A DNA stretch of 64,000 nt from Promethearchaeota archaeon. GTDB taxonomy: Archaea; Asgardarchaeota; Lokiarchaeia; Sigyniarchaeales; SOKP01. Made by a program: the position numbers and the translations under genes. Shown in pieces: positions 19,929 through 29,824 of this stretch; position 1 is the stretch's first letter, and every line of letters starts with the position of its first letter. The notes under the pieces were generated by a model. It was not told the DNA's origin. It did no database searches and was given only the letters and a program-made list of their open reading frames with translations. The stretch is taken from assembly GCA_048938855.1 (NCBI GenBank), contig JBHLLT010000001.1:288124-352123 (forward strand). The letters run 5' to 3'.

Positions 19929-20093
19929 TCAATGAGAGTAATTTAGTGGGATTGATTTATTTTGTTGCTCTTTTATAAATTTAGTTTCAGAATTGATATA
20001 GCCGCAATTTATGCATTTTACAGTCTTTGGTGGAAAATAATTTAACACTTTTGGCATTTTCATTGAAGCACAATTAGGACAATAATAATACAT
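19929..20093 (-). CDS. 54-aa zinc-finger microprotein (not in the ORF track)
   Basis: MYYYCPNCASMKMPKVLNYFPPKTVKCINCGYINSETKFIKEQQNKSIPLNYSH; two CxxC knuckles. Confidence 0.75.
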   Translation of the reverse strand: MYYYCPNCASMKMPKVLNYFPPKTVKCINCGYINSETKFIKEQQNKSIPLNYSH

Positions 20094-20182
20094 TTTTCAA
20101 ACCCTTCGATTCAAATTATTATTATCTTAATTTAAGGTTTTTAAGAATCATTAAAAACTACTATAATTTAATTTAGATTGTA

Positions 20183-21085
20183 ATGAATGATTTTATCCAA
20201 CCTATTTCAGAGGAATTTGGTAAAATTAATTTCATTGAAGGGGCAAGAGATGGTAAATATCCGTATTCAAACTCTTTACTTATAGGAGATTTCTTGATCG
20301 ATACTGGAATTTCCAGTAGATTAGTAAGAAAACTAAAACGACTTTATCCAATCAATAATGTATTGATTTCTCATTGGCATGAAGATCATACTTCAGGTAA
20401 TAGATTATTACCTAAAGCTAAATTTTATATTCATCTCAAAGACAAGTTTTTAATAGAAAATGTTGACAAATTTAATGAATTTTATGGAATCTCTAATTCT
20501 CCAGCAGAAGAAGAATATGATTGGCTTATGAAAGGTTTAAGGCTTGAGAACTCTAAAATTGATTATATTTTAGAGGATAATCAAGTTATAAATGTTAATA
20601 GTGATTTTAAGATAAAAGTTATACATACCCCAGGGCATACAGCAGGGCATTGTGCATTTTTAGAATTAAACTCTGCAATAATATTTTTAGCTGATATTGA
20701 TTTAACTAATTTTGTATTTTATGCAGGTATTGATTCAAATTTAGTCGATTTTGAGGATTCGATTCATAAATTGAAGATATATCAATTAAATGCAGCGGTT
20801 TCAGGACATCGAGGGGTGATTGAAGGAGATAGAAATATAAAAGAAGAGTTGAATAAATATTTATTAATAATTCATAAACGAGATAAACGAATTTTATCCT
20901 ATCTCTCAGAAAGTACTCCAAAAAATGTAATAGATTTTAAAAATAGAAATTATATCTATAAATATTATAGTCAATTTAAAGAATATGAAATTATCGCTGA
21001 AATGATAATGATTCAAAAGCATTTTGACAAATTTCTTGAAAAAGATTTAATAGAAGAAAAAGGAAATGGTTATGTGTTAAGCTAA
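20183..21085 (+). CDS. Metallo-beta-lactamase fold hydrolase
   Basis: SHWHEDH, TPGHTAGH, SGH. Confidence 0.9.
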   Translation: MNDFIQPISEEFGKINFIEGARDGKYPYSNSLLIGDFLIDTGISSRLVRKLKRLYPINNVLISHWHEDHTSGNRLLPKAKFYIHLKDKFLIENVDKFNEFYGISNSPAEEEYDWLMKGLRLENSKIDYILEDNQVINVNSDFKIKVIHTPGHTAGHCAFLELNSAIIFLADIDLTNFVFYAGIDSNLVDFEDSIHKLKIYQLNAAVSGHRGVIEGDRNIKEELNKYLLIIHKRDKRILSYLSESTPKNVIDFKNRNYIYKYYSQFKEYEIIAEMIMIQKHFDKFLEKDLIEEKGNGYVLS

Positions 21086-21101
21086 AAATGGAGGAATATT
21101 T

Positions 21102-21872
21102 TTGAGAGATATTGTTTTATATGAAAAAGAGGACGATATTGGAAGAATTGTATTAAATAGCCCAGAAAAAAGAAATGCTATAGATTTAGAAACCCTAAAA
21201 AGGTTAATTGATGCATTTAAAACTAGTGCAGAGAATAATGATATATGTGTTATTTACACTGCAAATGGCAAAGACTTTACTGTAGGCGCTGATCTAAAAT
21301 ATGGATATGCACTACTTACGGATATGACCCGCACGTTAGAATCTGTTGAATTTTTAGAATCATTCCAAAATTTAACGAGAAGTATGATTTCTCATCCTGG
21401 GATAATAGTTGCGGGTCTTCATGGATGGGTAATAGGTGGTGGATTTGAACAATTATTATATTGCGATTTGCGAATTGCTGCTAATAATACCCGAATTATG
21501 CTTCCAGAGCTAGGGGTAGGATTATTCTTTTCAAATGCTTCTACAAAACTCTTACCAAGAATTATTGGAGAGGGGAAAGCAAAAGAATTGATGTATTTAG
21601 GCTCAGAAATAAGTGCTGAAGAAGCCCTTAATATAGGATTAGTGAATCAAGTCTGTAAACCAGAAGGATTGAAAAGGATTCTTAAACGAACAGCTAATAC
21701 AATAATACAATAAGACCATCTTGCTCTAAAATGGGCAAAAAGGTTAATAAATAAGAATCAAGAAGAACCAATTGAGACTGTTTTAGATGAAGAATTACGT
21801 GTAATGATCTTGACGGGGCAATCAGCGGATCTTAAGAAAAGGCTCGAGAAATTTGTGAAAGATAAGCGCTGA
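21102..21872 (+). pseudogene. Enoyl-CoA hydratase/isomerase interrupted by an in-frame TAA at 21711-21713
   Basis: FTVGADL, GGGFE, MLPE; the frame resumes after the stop as DHLALKWAKRLIN...LEKFVKDKR, a crotonase C-terminus ending TGA 21870-21872. Confidence 0.8.
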
Positions 21873-21920
21873 TTTATTCTTTTTCTAAAGTTTTTTTTAT
21901 AATTCACAATTAAAATAAAT

Positions 21921-23051
21921 ATGGTTAGAAAAGACCCAATTTTGTTCAAAAAATATCCTAATTTAAAGGATAAAGTACCATGGATCCCTTTACTCTTAAA
22001 TTGCCCTACACCGGTTCAAAGATTAGCAAATTTAGAAGAATATTTCAATTTAGAAGGGCAAATTTACATTAAACGTGATGATATAAATCATAACGTTTAT
22101 GGTGGTAATAAACTACGTAAGTTTGAGTTTTTATTTGCTAATGCACTAAAAAGAAAGAAAAAAAAAGCGATTGTAACTTATGGAGGTATTGGTACTAATC
22201 ATGGTTTGGCATGTGTGATAGTATGTAATAGTTTTGATCCTCCTATAAAATGTGATTTATTTCTTTACAATCAGCCTCTTACAAAGCAAGTTCAACAATC
22301 ATTATTATTGTTTAAATATTTTGGTGCAAGAATGCATCTAGGGAAAAAAGACATAGGCACTTTTATTAAAGCATTATTTTTCTGGATTTTTCATCGTAAA
22401 TATGATTTTATTCTGCCTGGGGGAACTCCAATTTTTGGGAGAGGAACTCCATTAGGTACTGTAGGATTTATTGAAGCCATACTAGAATTAAAGGAACAAA
22501 TTGATAAAGGTTTAATGCCTGAACCAGAAATCATAATTGTAGCAGGTGGAACTACAGGAACTGCAGCGGGATTAACAGCTGGTTGTAAATTAGCAGGTCT
22601 AAATACAAAAATATTTTGTGTAGCTGTTTACAAAGATTTTCTTGCTAACGCCTCAAATTTAATTAGCAATGCAAATAAAGCGCTCAAATATTTACATAAA
22701 GCTGATAATAATTTTCCTAAAGTTAAAGTTTCTGAAAATGATTTCAAAATGATAAAAGGTTATATAGGTGCTGGATATGGCCATCAAACAATAAAGGGAC
22801 AAAAGGCAGTAAATCTCGTTTTTAATTTGGAGGGTAAGGAAAAAGGATTTCTTTTAGATACTACTTACACTGGAAAAGCAATGGCAGCTATGTTTGATTG
22901 TCTTAAGGAAGAAGAAAATCGAGATAAAATATTTTTGTTTTGGAATACATATAATTCAAATGATTTAAGTGAGTATTTTGATGAGATTAAGTTTGAGTAT
23001 AAAGCTTTGCCCAAGAAATTTCATAAGTTTTTTGAAAATCCCAGTCCTTAA
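21921..23051 (+). CDS. PLP-dependent D-cysteine desulfhydrase/ACC deaminase family
   Basis: PTPVQ, IKRDD..YGGNKLRK, TNH, GTTGT, LDTTYTGKA. Confidence 0.9.
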   Translation: MVRKDPILFKKYPNLKDKVPWIPLLLNCPTPVQRLANLEEYFNLEGQIYIKRDDINHNVYGGNKLRKFEFLFANALKRKKKKAIVTYGGIGTNHGLACVIVCNSFDPPIKCDLFLYNQPLTKQVQQSLLLFKYFGARMHLGKKDIGTFIKALFFWIFHRKYDFILPGGTPIFGRGTPLGTVGFIEAILELKEQIDKGLMPEPEIIIVAGGTTGTAAGLTAGCKLAGLNTKIFCVAVYKDFLANASNLISNANKALKYLHKADNNFPKVKVSENDFKMIKGYIGAGYGHQTIKGQKAVNLVFNLEGKEKGFLLDTTYTGKAMAAMFDCLKEEENRDKIFLFWNTYNSNDLSEYFDEIKFEYKALPKKFHKFFENPSP

Positions 23052-23061
23052 AATCAGTAAA

Positions 23062-24051
23062 CTAAATAATTTTCAACCTCTGCAATAAACCCGTAATCAA
23101 AACTGGTAAAGCTATAGTAGCATCACACCATACACTTACATGTTTTGACTCTAAAGAATATTTTCCCCATGATTTTGCCTCAGAAAATGTACTTCCTGAA
23201 AGACCACCATCATATTCCATAGCAGTGTGAATTCGAACTGAATAGTTATATCCCATTTTAATAATTTTATCAAACTGATCTAACATAGGAAAGATTTGCT
23301 GAGCCCAATTTCTAGGAACACCACCACCTATTATAATTGTTCCGTATTCTTTAAAAGTTTTAACGATTTCCCCAAACTTTTTCACATCTCCTAAGATATC
23401 AAATTGAAAATCATATCCTTCATAATAGTCATATTTTAATAACTTTAATGCTAACTCTGAATCTGAGAAGGCTGGTATAAATATCGGTATGTTGTGTTTA
23501 GCAGCCAATGAAAGAATACAATCAACTGAGAGTTTACTCCCAATTTTTTTTAGAAATTCTGAGGGAGTAATTTGAATATTTTTTTCATTAAATGCAGTCT
23601 GAATAATTTCTAGCAATTTAATATCAGCTTTATCATAATTTTCTTCAGGCAGAAATATGTCATAAATCCTATTTATTCTATATTTAAATAATTCATCATC
23701 ATTAACATTAGGGCTTCCCAGATAATGTCCTATATTACTAGCGGCATCTACTAAATCGTGTGTAATATTGGCTCCTGTAGTTATTAAAACATCTATTAAT
23801 TCATGTTGAATTAATATCGAGATTAATTCTCCCATCCCTGCAGGAACCATTGCACCACTTAAAGTTAATACAGTGAGACAATTTTTATTTGTAACCATTT
23901 TTTCTAATATATCAAGAGCCAAACCAAGATTTCTTCCTTGAAAACCGCAGGATTTAAGCGCTATTAAAAAATCTTCAATATTATTGACATTTTTAGGATT
24001 GAAAGGTTTTACTTTTTTTATTAAATAATCTTCTTTTTGATGAGTTTTCAT
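23062..24051 (-). CDS. Deoxyhypusine synthase family protein
   Basis: GFQGRNLG, TTGANITHD, PAFSDSE, GGGVP, DGGLSG..EAKSWGK, DATIALP. Confidence 0.9.
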   Translation of the reverse strand: MKTHQKEDYLIKKVKPFNPKNVNNIEDFLIALKSCGFQGRNLGLALDILEKMVTNKNCLTVLTLSGAMVPAGMGELISILIQHELIDVLITTGANITHDLVDAASNIGHYLGSPNVNDDELFKYRINRIYDIFLPEENYDKADIKLLEIIQTAFNEKNIQITPSEFLKKIGSKLSVDCILSLAAKHNIPIFIPAFSDSELALKLLKYDYYEGYDFQFDILGDVKKFGEIVKTFKEYGTIIIGGGVPRNWAQQIFPMLDQFDKIIKMGYNYSVRIHTAMEYDGGLSGSTFSEAKSWGKYSLESKHVSVWCDATIALPVLITGLLQRLKII

Positions 24052-24384
24052 AAATAAAATTAAATGCTTTAATAATTTTAAAATGATCTATTTGAATTTT
24101 TTCTAAAAGTCTTGAAATTACCTTATTAAGTTTAAAATAAATCTTTTAGTTGAGTATATATAAATTGAATCTTTAAGAGAGGGTTTACTTTAGCTTTTTA
24201 ATTCTTTTTAGTATCCTATTTCATTATACTAGAGAACTATAATACTGTATTATATTAATGGGATAATAGTTCCGAATATAAATGTTAAAAAATTTAAGTT
24301 ATGTCTTTAGTTTCAAATAATTTTAAATATAACTTTTAATATTAAGATCTTAATCGATAAGTATAAAGAAATAATGATAAAGTT

Positions 24385-24933
24385 ATGTCATTAGTCCCAA
24401 AAAAGGTATTCTTTGTTAAGGGTAAGGGATTTCACAAATCTAAGTTAGCTGCTTTCGAGCAAGCCCTTAGGGATGCAGGAATTGAAAAATATAATTTAGT
24501 AAATGTGTCTTCAATTCTCCCACCATACTGCATTGAAATTCATAAAGATGATGGGTTAAAACAATTACGGCCAGGTCAAATTGTGTTTGCTGTTATTGCT
24601 AGAGCGGAATCTAATGAATATAATAGATTAATTTGTTCCTCTATAGGTGTCGCTAAACCTGCAGATAAAGGACAATATGGGTATCTAAGTGAACATCACT
24701 CTTTTGGCGTAAAACCAGAGAATGTAGGAGATTTTGCCGAAGATTTAGCCGCAGAAATGTTAGCAACAACTTTAGGCATACCTTTTGATCCTGATGCAAA
24801 TTATGATGATAAAAAGGAAGTGTTTAAAATGGGAGGTAAAATAGTTGAGACGAAAAATATTACTTCCTATGCGACTGTAAGAGAAGAAAATGAATGGGCA
24901 GCTGTAGTTGCTGCAGCAATTTTTATCCTTTAA
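24385..24933 (+). CDS. pdaD: Pyruvoyl-dependent arginine decarboxylase
   Basis: FEQALRDAGIEKYNLVNVSSILPP (Ser-Ser cleavage site), YGYLSEH. Confidence 0.95.
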   Translation: MSLVPKKVFFVKGKGFHKSKLAAFEQALRDAGIEKYNLVNVSSILPPYCIEIHKDDGLKQLRPGQIVFAVIARAESNEYNRLICSSIGVAKPADKGQYGYLSEHHSFGVKPENVGDFAEDLAAEMLATTLGIPFDPDANYDDKKEVFKMGGKIVETKNITSYATVREENEWAAVVAAAIFIL

Positions 24934-26524
24934 TTTCTCTGAAATAATTAATATCTATATCTTTAAAACATGAGTCAATAGATTCAATCTCTTCTAATTC
25001 TCTAACAGATATACGACTTTTATCATTTGGATCCTTTGCAGCCCAGATCAATTTATTAAATCGCTGGTGATGATGATGAAACCTCTGATTAGCATATTCT
25101 TTTGCTTGTTTTGTGTAAAGGAGAAAGGGCCAATCACTTCCCTCCAATAATAAAAGCTCTCTAGCAGCTTGCTGTAAGACTCTTTTAGCCCGATCATTAG
25201 GATTGAGATTTAGATTCAAAACATTTTCAAATTCTTTAACCGAACCATTGATATAAGGCCAGATCCAACCATGTTCCGGATTCTTCCAAACTTGAAAATG
25301 ACCTCCTTCCCCCCAACTACTCTCCTTCATTTTTATTACTGAAAAACTGTCTTTAAATTTAGATATATAATCACTAATAGTGATTAATTCTATATTTTCG
25401 TTGTTATGAATCAACTCAAATATTTCATTTAACCAAGAGATCCCTTCCATCCACCAGTGACCATAAAGTTCAAAATCATATGGAGAAATAATAATTCCTT
25501 TCCTCTGGAATTTGTCTGAAAACTTTGTTAATTCCTCAAATACTAATGAAACAAAATGATTAGCATGATGTTTTATTGTTTGTTCTGCCTTCTCAATATC
25601 ATAGAGATGCTTTTCTCCTTTTCCAAATTTTTTATTGGTGATTCTCCAATAATGTAACCCTGACTCATGATCTTTTTTATGAAACTCTCTATAATATTCA
25701 TTTCCAGGATATCCTATTTTTGCATCCCATACTTGTCGACTAGTTTTTTGATTTCTGCCAAATACCGAAACTCCTGTTTCCAAGAGATATCCGAAATCTG
25801 TATCTAATCCAACAATACTCTTACTCTCTAAGAGCTCAGCATCTATTATTCCGTGAGAATCAACAAAAAAATATTCTATACCTGAATTATTTAACCAATA
25901 ATCAATACTTTGCCTCAAATTTCCATCTTTATATTCTTTAGGCCGGTAAGCACATTCAGGAAGCCATATACCTTTAGGATCTTTGTTAAAATACTTTTTG
26001 TGAGTATCAACAGCTATCTGTATTTGGGAAAAAATTCCAGAATCATTCTCAAAAAGTGGTAAAAATCCATGTGTTGCTCCACATGTAATCAATTCAATCA
26101 TTTCCTCATCTTGGAGCCATTTAAAAGTGCCTAATAAATCTCGATAATAATTATGATAAAAAGAATTTAATATATGCTCAAATTTCCTTAAGTAGTATTC
26201 AGCAATGGTTTTTCTTTCTTGATGATTTTCAAATCTCTGGATATCATTTTTTACTCTTAATATCAAATCTTCCATATATTCTGTAAACCGCTGTTTCATA
26301 TATTCATCTGCTAATTGCTCAGCCAAGATTGGTGTAATGTTTATGGTGATAGCTGTTTTTACTCCCTTTTCTTTCAATTCTCTTAAGATATTTAACATCG
26401 GAATATATGTTTCGTTCATGGCCTCCATAAGCCATTCTTCTCCTGCAGGCCATGTTCCCGACTTCTTACACCATGGAATATGTCCATGAAGAACTAAGCC
26501 AAAATATCCTAAAGTCATTTGCAC
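24923..26524 (-). CDS. GH57 1,4-alpha-glucan branching enzyme (DUF1957)
   Basis: LHGHIP, ETYIP, ATHGFLP, WLPECAY, YDFELYGHWW, SDWPF. Confidence 0.92.
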   Translation of the reverse strand: MQMTLGYFGLVLHGHIPWCKKSGTWPAGEEWLMEAMNETYIPMLNILRELKEKGVKTAITINITPILAEQLADEYMKQRFTEYMEDLILRVKNDIQRFENHQERKTIAEYYLRKFEHILNSFYHNYYRDLLGTFKWLQDEEMIELITCGATHGFLPLFENDSGIFSQIQIAVDTHKKYFNKDPKGIWLPECAYRPKEYKDGNLRQSIDYWLNNSGIEYFFVDSHGIIDAELLESKSIVGLDTDFGYLLETGVSVFGRNQKTSRQVWDAKIGYPGNEYYREFHKKDHESGLHYWRITNKKFGKGEKHLYDIEKAEQTIKHHANHFVSLVFEELTKFSDKFQRKGIIISPYDFELYGHWWMEGISWLNEIFELIHNNENIELITISDYISKFKDSFSVIKMKESSWGEGGHFQVWKNPEHGWIWPYINGSVKEFENVLNLNLNPNDRAKRVLQQAARELLLLEGSDWPFLLYTKQAKEYANQRFHHHHQRFNKLIWAAKDPNDKSRISVRELEEIESIDSCFKDIDINYFREIKG

Positions 26525-26595
26525 GAAAATTAATGTTTTATTTATAATTTAGTCTTATATGATTATTATATTCTTATGAAGAGTTGATATAAATT

Positions 26596-27762
26596 ATGAG
26601 TAAAAAAATAAAAGCTATAACAGCTCCCCCTAGTCATGAAGAGTTATCAAATCGTCTTAAAAACATAATAAAATTAATGAAAGAACAGGATTTGGATTAT
26701 TATATTGCATTTAATCCTGTAAATATATATTATTTAACAAATTTCGCATTTTATGTCCATGAACGACCGTTTATTCTAATAATTGAAAAAGAAGGAACAT
26801 TAAAAATGTTAATTCCTAAATTAGAGAAGGGACATTTTGAATCTAGAGTACGATGTGAAGTTGAGTTGGTTATATATTATGAATTTCCAGCTCGAACTGG
26901 GGAAAACTGGTATGATTATTATCAAAAAATAATTGATCCTCACGCTAAAGTAGGAATTGAGTCTGAATTACCAATAGGTATTGCTAATAAAACTCCTGGA
27001 GAAGTTGTTGTTTCAGATATTATTGATGAAGTTCGAATCATTAAAACTGAATATGAAATAGGTCGAATTTATCACGCATGTCGAGTAGTAAATAAGGGAC
27101 AAAAATTAGTGTTTAAAAAATGTCGTCCAAAAGTTCTTGAATTAGCTTTATATAAAGAAGTCAGTGATGCTATGACATCTAAAATTGTGCAAGATATACC
27201 AAATGCTAATTTTAGAATTTCAGAAACCAGAGGAGCTGTTTGGCCTCCTTCAATTTCTCATGATCCTCACTTAGTACCACAAATATTTGAGCCTATGGAA
27301 GAAGGAGGACCACATGTTTCAATAGTGTATGCTCAGGTAGATGGATATGGAGTTGAAATTGAAAGGTCATTCTTTTTAGGTTATGTTCCCGAAAAGGCTA
27401 AAAAACCTTTTCAAGTAATGTTCGAAGCGAGAGCTTTAGCTTATAGTATGTTAAAGCCGGGAATAATCATGAGTGAGGTGGATAAAGCAGTAAGGAATTT
27501 TATAATTGAAAAGGGGTATGGTGATTACATAATCCACCGTACAGGACATGGTCTTGGGATTACAGGCCATGAAGCACCTTTTTTAGCAGAAGGGTACGAC
27601 AGACCATTAGAAAAAAATATGGTTATTAGTGTTGAACCTGGAATATATATACCGGGAATAGGAGGATTTCGTCATTCTGATACTGTCTTAATCACAGACA
27701 CAGGATACCAAATACTAACCAAAGCTCCAGAAACTCTTGAAGAACTTATAATCCCTATTTAA
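26596..27762 (+). CDS. M24 family (Xaa-Pro peptidase/creatinase-like) hydrolase
   Basis: HRTGHGLG..HEAP, SVEPGIY, GFRHSDT. Confidence 0.85.
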   Translation: MSKKIKAITAPPSHEELSNRLKNIIKLMKEQDLDYYIAFNPVNIYYLTNFAFYVHERPFILIIEKEGTLKMLIPKLEKGHFESRVRCEVELVIYYEFPARTGENWYDYYQKIIDPHAKVGIESELPIGIANKTPGEVVVSDIIDEVRIIKTEYEIGRIYHACRVVNKGQKLVFKKCRPKVLELALYKEVSDAMTSKIVQDIPNANFRISETRGAVWPPSISHDPHLVPQIFEPMEEGGPHVSIVYAQVDGYGVEIERSFFLGYVPEKAKKPFQVMFEARALAYSMLKPGIIMSEVDKAVRNFIIEKGYGDYIIHRTGHGLGITGHEAPFLAEGYDRPLEKNMVISVEPGIYIPGIGGFRHSDTVLITDTGYQILTKAPETLEELIIPI

Positions 27763-27774
27763 TTCATTATAATT

Positions 27775-28281
27775 TTATTCAATATATTTTACAATTTTCT
27801 CTAATGCTTTTCTGGCTGTTGGTTCCGGAATCTCGCCTTTAATATATCCGAAAGGCAAGATAGTTAAAAGATGGTCATTATCCCCCAAACCAAGTATATC
27901 TTTTGCTTTTTCTCTATTCATAGCACCGATCCAACAAGTACCAATCCCTAAAGACCATGCCATTAATATCATATTCATCGAAACTAAGGATGTATCAATC
28001 AAATACCATTTAGGACTTGTTTTCATCTTAGCAACAATCGCAATTGCAACTGGAACTTCTTTCATAAATCTACCATAACTTATAGTTTTAGCTAATTTTA
28101 GCAAAATATCTTTATTTTTGATTACAATAAACTCCCATGGTTGACGATTTGAAGCACTAGGAGACCATCTTCCTGCCTCTAAAATTTTATTTAATTCTTC
28201 ATCTTCTATCGGCTTAACTTGATATGCCCTAATACTTCTTCTTCCTTTTAGAAATTTTAATAATAATTCTGGTTCAATCAT
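27775..28281 (-). CDS. Nitroreductase family protein
   Basis: RRSIRAY, SPSASNRQPW, GIGTCWIG. Confidence 0.92.
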   Translation of the reverse strand: MIEPELLLKFLKGRRSIRAYQVKPIEDEELNKILEAGRWSPSASNRQPWEFIVIKNKDILLKLAKTISYGRFMKEVPVAIAIVAKMKTSPKWYLIDTSLVSMNMILMAWSLGIGTCWIGAMNREKAKDILGLGDNDHLLTILPFGYIKGEIPEPTARKALEKIVKYIE

Positions 28282-28495
28282 AATTGATTTTTTTTTTATT
28301 ACTTATTAGTGTTATATAATTAAGGAATTAGGGATACTTTTTTGAGTTTTCCAAAATATACAATTTGAAATATTCCATTTCTTAATATAATACACCTAAT
28401 AGATCTAAAACCGCAATATTCGAGAAACGAATTAAAAACGGTTTCAAGAAGAAAAGGTTATCCTCATATAACCTCTTGGTTTGCAAGCCTATGAA

Positions 28496-29746
28496 TTAAT
28501 CAGAATTGAAATAATCTGATTCAAAATTAGGATAAATTTTCTTTTTTCTTCCGTCTTTTTCAAATGTTATAAGACCAAGCTCAATTAATTTGTTTAAATG
28601 GTATTGAATGGTTTTGTGATCAACTTTAAATTTTTTAGTTATTAGGTTATTCCACACACCTGGATTTTTTTCAATCATCTCTAAAATCTCGATTGTTAAT
28701 TTACTTTTTTGTAGTTTTAAATCTACGTTAGATATTGGATTTTTTTGATAATATGGAAAATATGCAATAAAGTTCCCAATTCTCTTTTTACCAATTACTT
28801 TATACGTCAATAAAATATCAAGATGCCAAACTAAATTACCCGCAGCTAATCCTGTTCTTCGTAGTAATTCGTTGAAGTGTATTCCAGGTTCATTCAAAAT
28901 TAGATCTATTATCTTATTCCGATTCTCATTCTCTAAAACCTCATCTAAAGATAATCGATGTGCTCCTTTCTCGATTGGTACAGTTCTGGTCCTTAAATAT
29001 TGAAAATAATCTTTTTTAGAAATAGCAACTACTAATGTAATAATTGCGAAAACTATGACAGAACTTGTTATTATTAACCAGGTCCAATCCTCTTGAATCA
29101 TCTCCACTTCATAAAGTGTAATATAATAGTCATTATATGGTTGGAGATCAACAAGACTACTCTCTAAATAGTTTTCAGAGTTTGTCTCATTGAATTTATC
29201 AATTGTTTCAATTATTTGCCAAGAATCTTGACCAGATTCATATAAAGCTAATGAATAGGATGCATCAGGACTAATATCGTATTGTTGGATTTTTCTGTAT
29301 CTAATTGTTAAATTTTCAATTGTATTATTTACCCTTATTTTAAATATACAGTTATACCTATATTGATATCTAAAACTACCTCTTTGAGGGGATTGTAGAG
29401 GTTGCATAACTCCAAAATTTTGCATATTAGTCTTGCTTGATACATTTAATGAAATTGGGTTAGTACTATTAACTATGAAAAAAGTTTGGCGGTTTTCAAG
29501 ATTATTATCATATTCGATACTAAGATTAATTAAAACATTTGTAGACACTTCAAAAGTAAGATTGTTAAGAAAATTATAAGAAACTTTTTCATTTGGTTGA
29601 ACAATATCTTGAGTTGAAAATCCTGAGATAGTCTCTTTTCGAGCATTAATATTTACTAAAAAAAAATTGAATCCTATTAAAATTACTAAAATAGTGAGAA
29701 CAAAATACTTTAGTTCTTTTCTTTTATTTATATTAACAATTCTCAA
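28496..29746 (-). CDS. Membrane-spanning transcription regulator: signal/TM, ectodomain, TM, tandem winged-HTH
   Basis: Two hydrophobic segments flank an Asn-rich domain; C-terminal NRNKIIDLILNEPGIHFNEL..LVWHL and NPGVW..TIQYHLNKL. Confidence 0.8.
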   Translation of the reverse strand: MRIVNINKRKELKYFVLTILVILIGFNFFLVNINARKETISGFSTQDIVQPNEKVSYNFLNNLTFEVSTNVLINLSIEYDNNLENRQTFFIVNSTNPISLNVSSKTNMQNFGVMQPLQSPQRGSFRYQYRYNCIFKIRVNNTIENLTIRYRKIQQYDISPDASYSLALYESGQDSWQIIETIDKFNETNSENYLESSLVDLQPYNDYYITLYEVEMIQEDWTWLIITSSVIVFAIITLVVAISKKDYFQYLRTRTVPIEKGAHRLSLDEVLENENRNKIIDLILNEPGIHFNELLRRTGLAAGNLVWHLDILLTYKVIGKKRIGNFIAYFPYYQKNPISNVDLKLQKSKLTIEILEMIEKNPGVWNNLITKKFKVDHKTIQYHLNKLIELGLITFEKDGRKKKIYPNFESDYFNSD

Positions 29747-29824
29747 TTATATTCTTTCCAAATTCTTTATTTTATATAATTTTTTAAAAAAAAAAAAATT
29801 TGTTCATTTACTTTCTTTTTCTAA

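Noticed and set aside
21711-21713. Possible stop-codon recoding (Sec/Pyl)
   Set aside because: The codon is TAA, which terminates many genes in this window.
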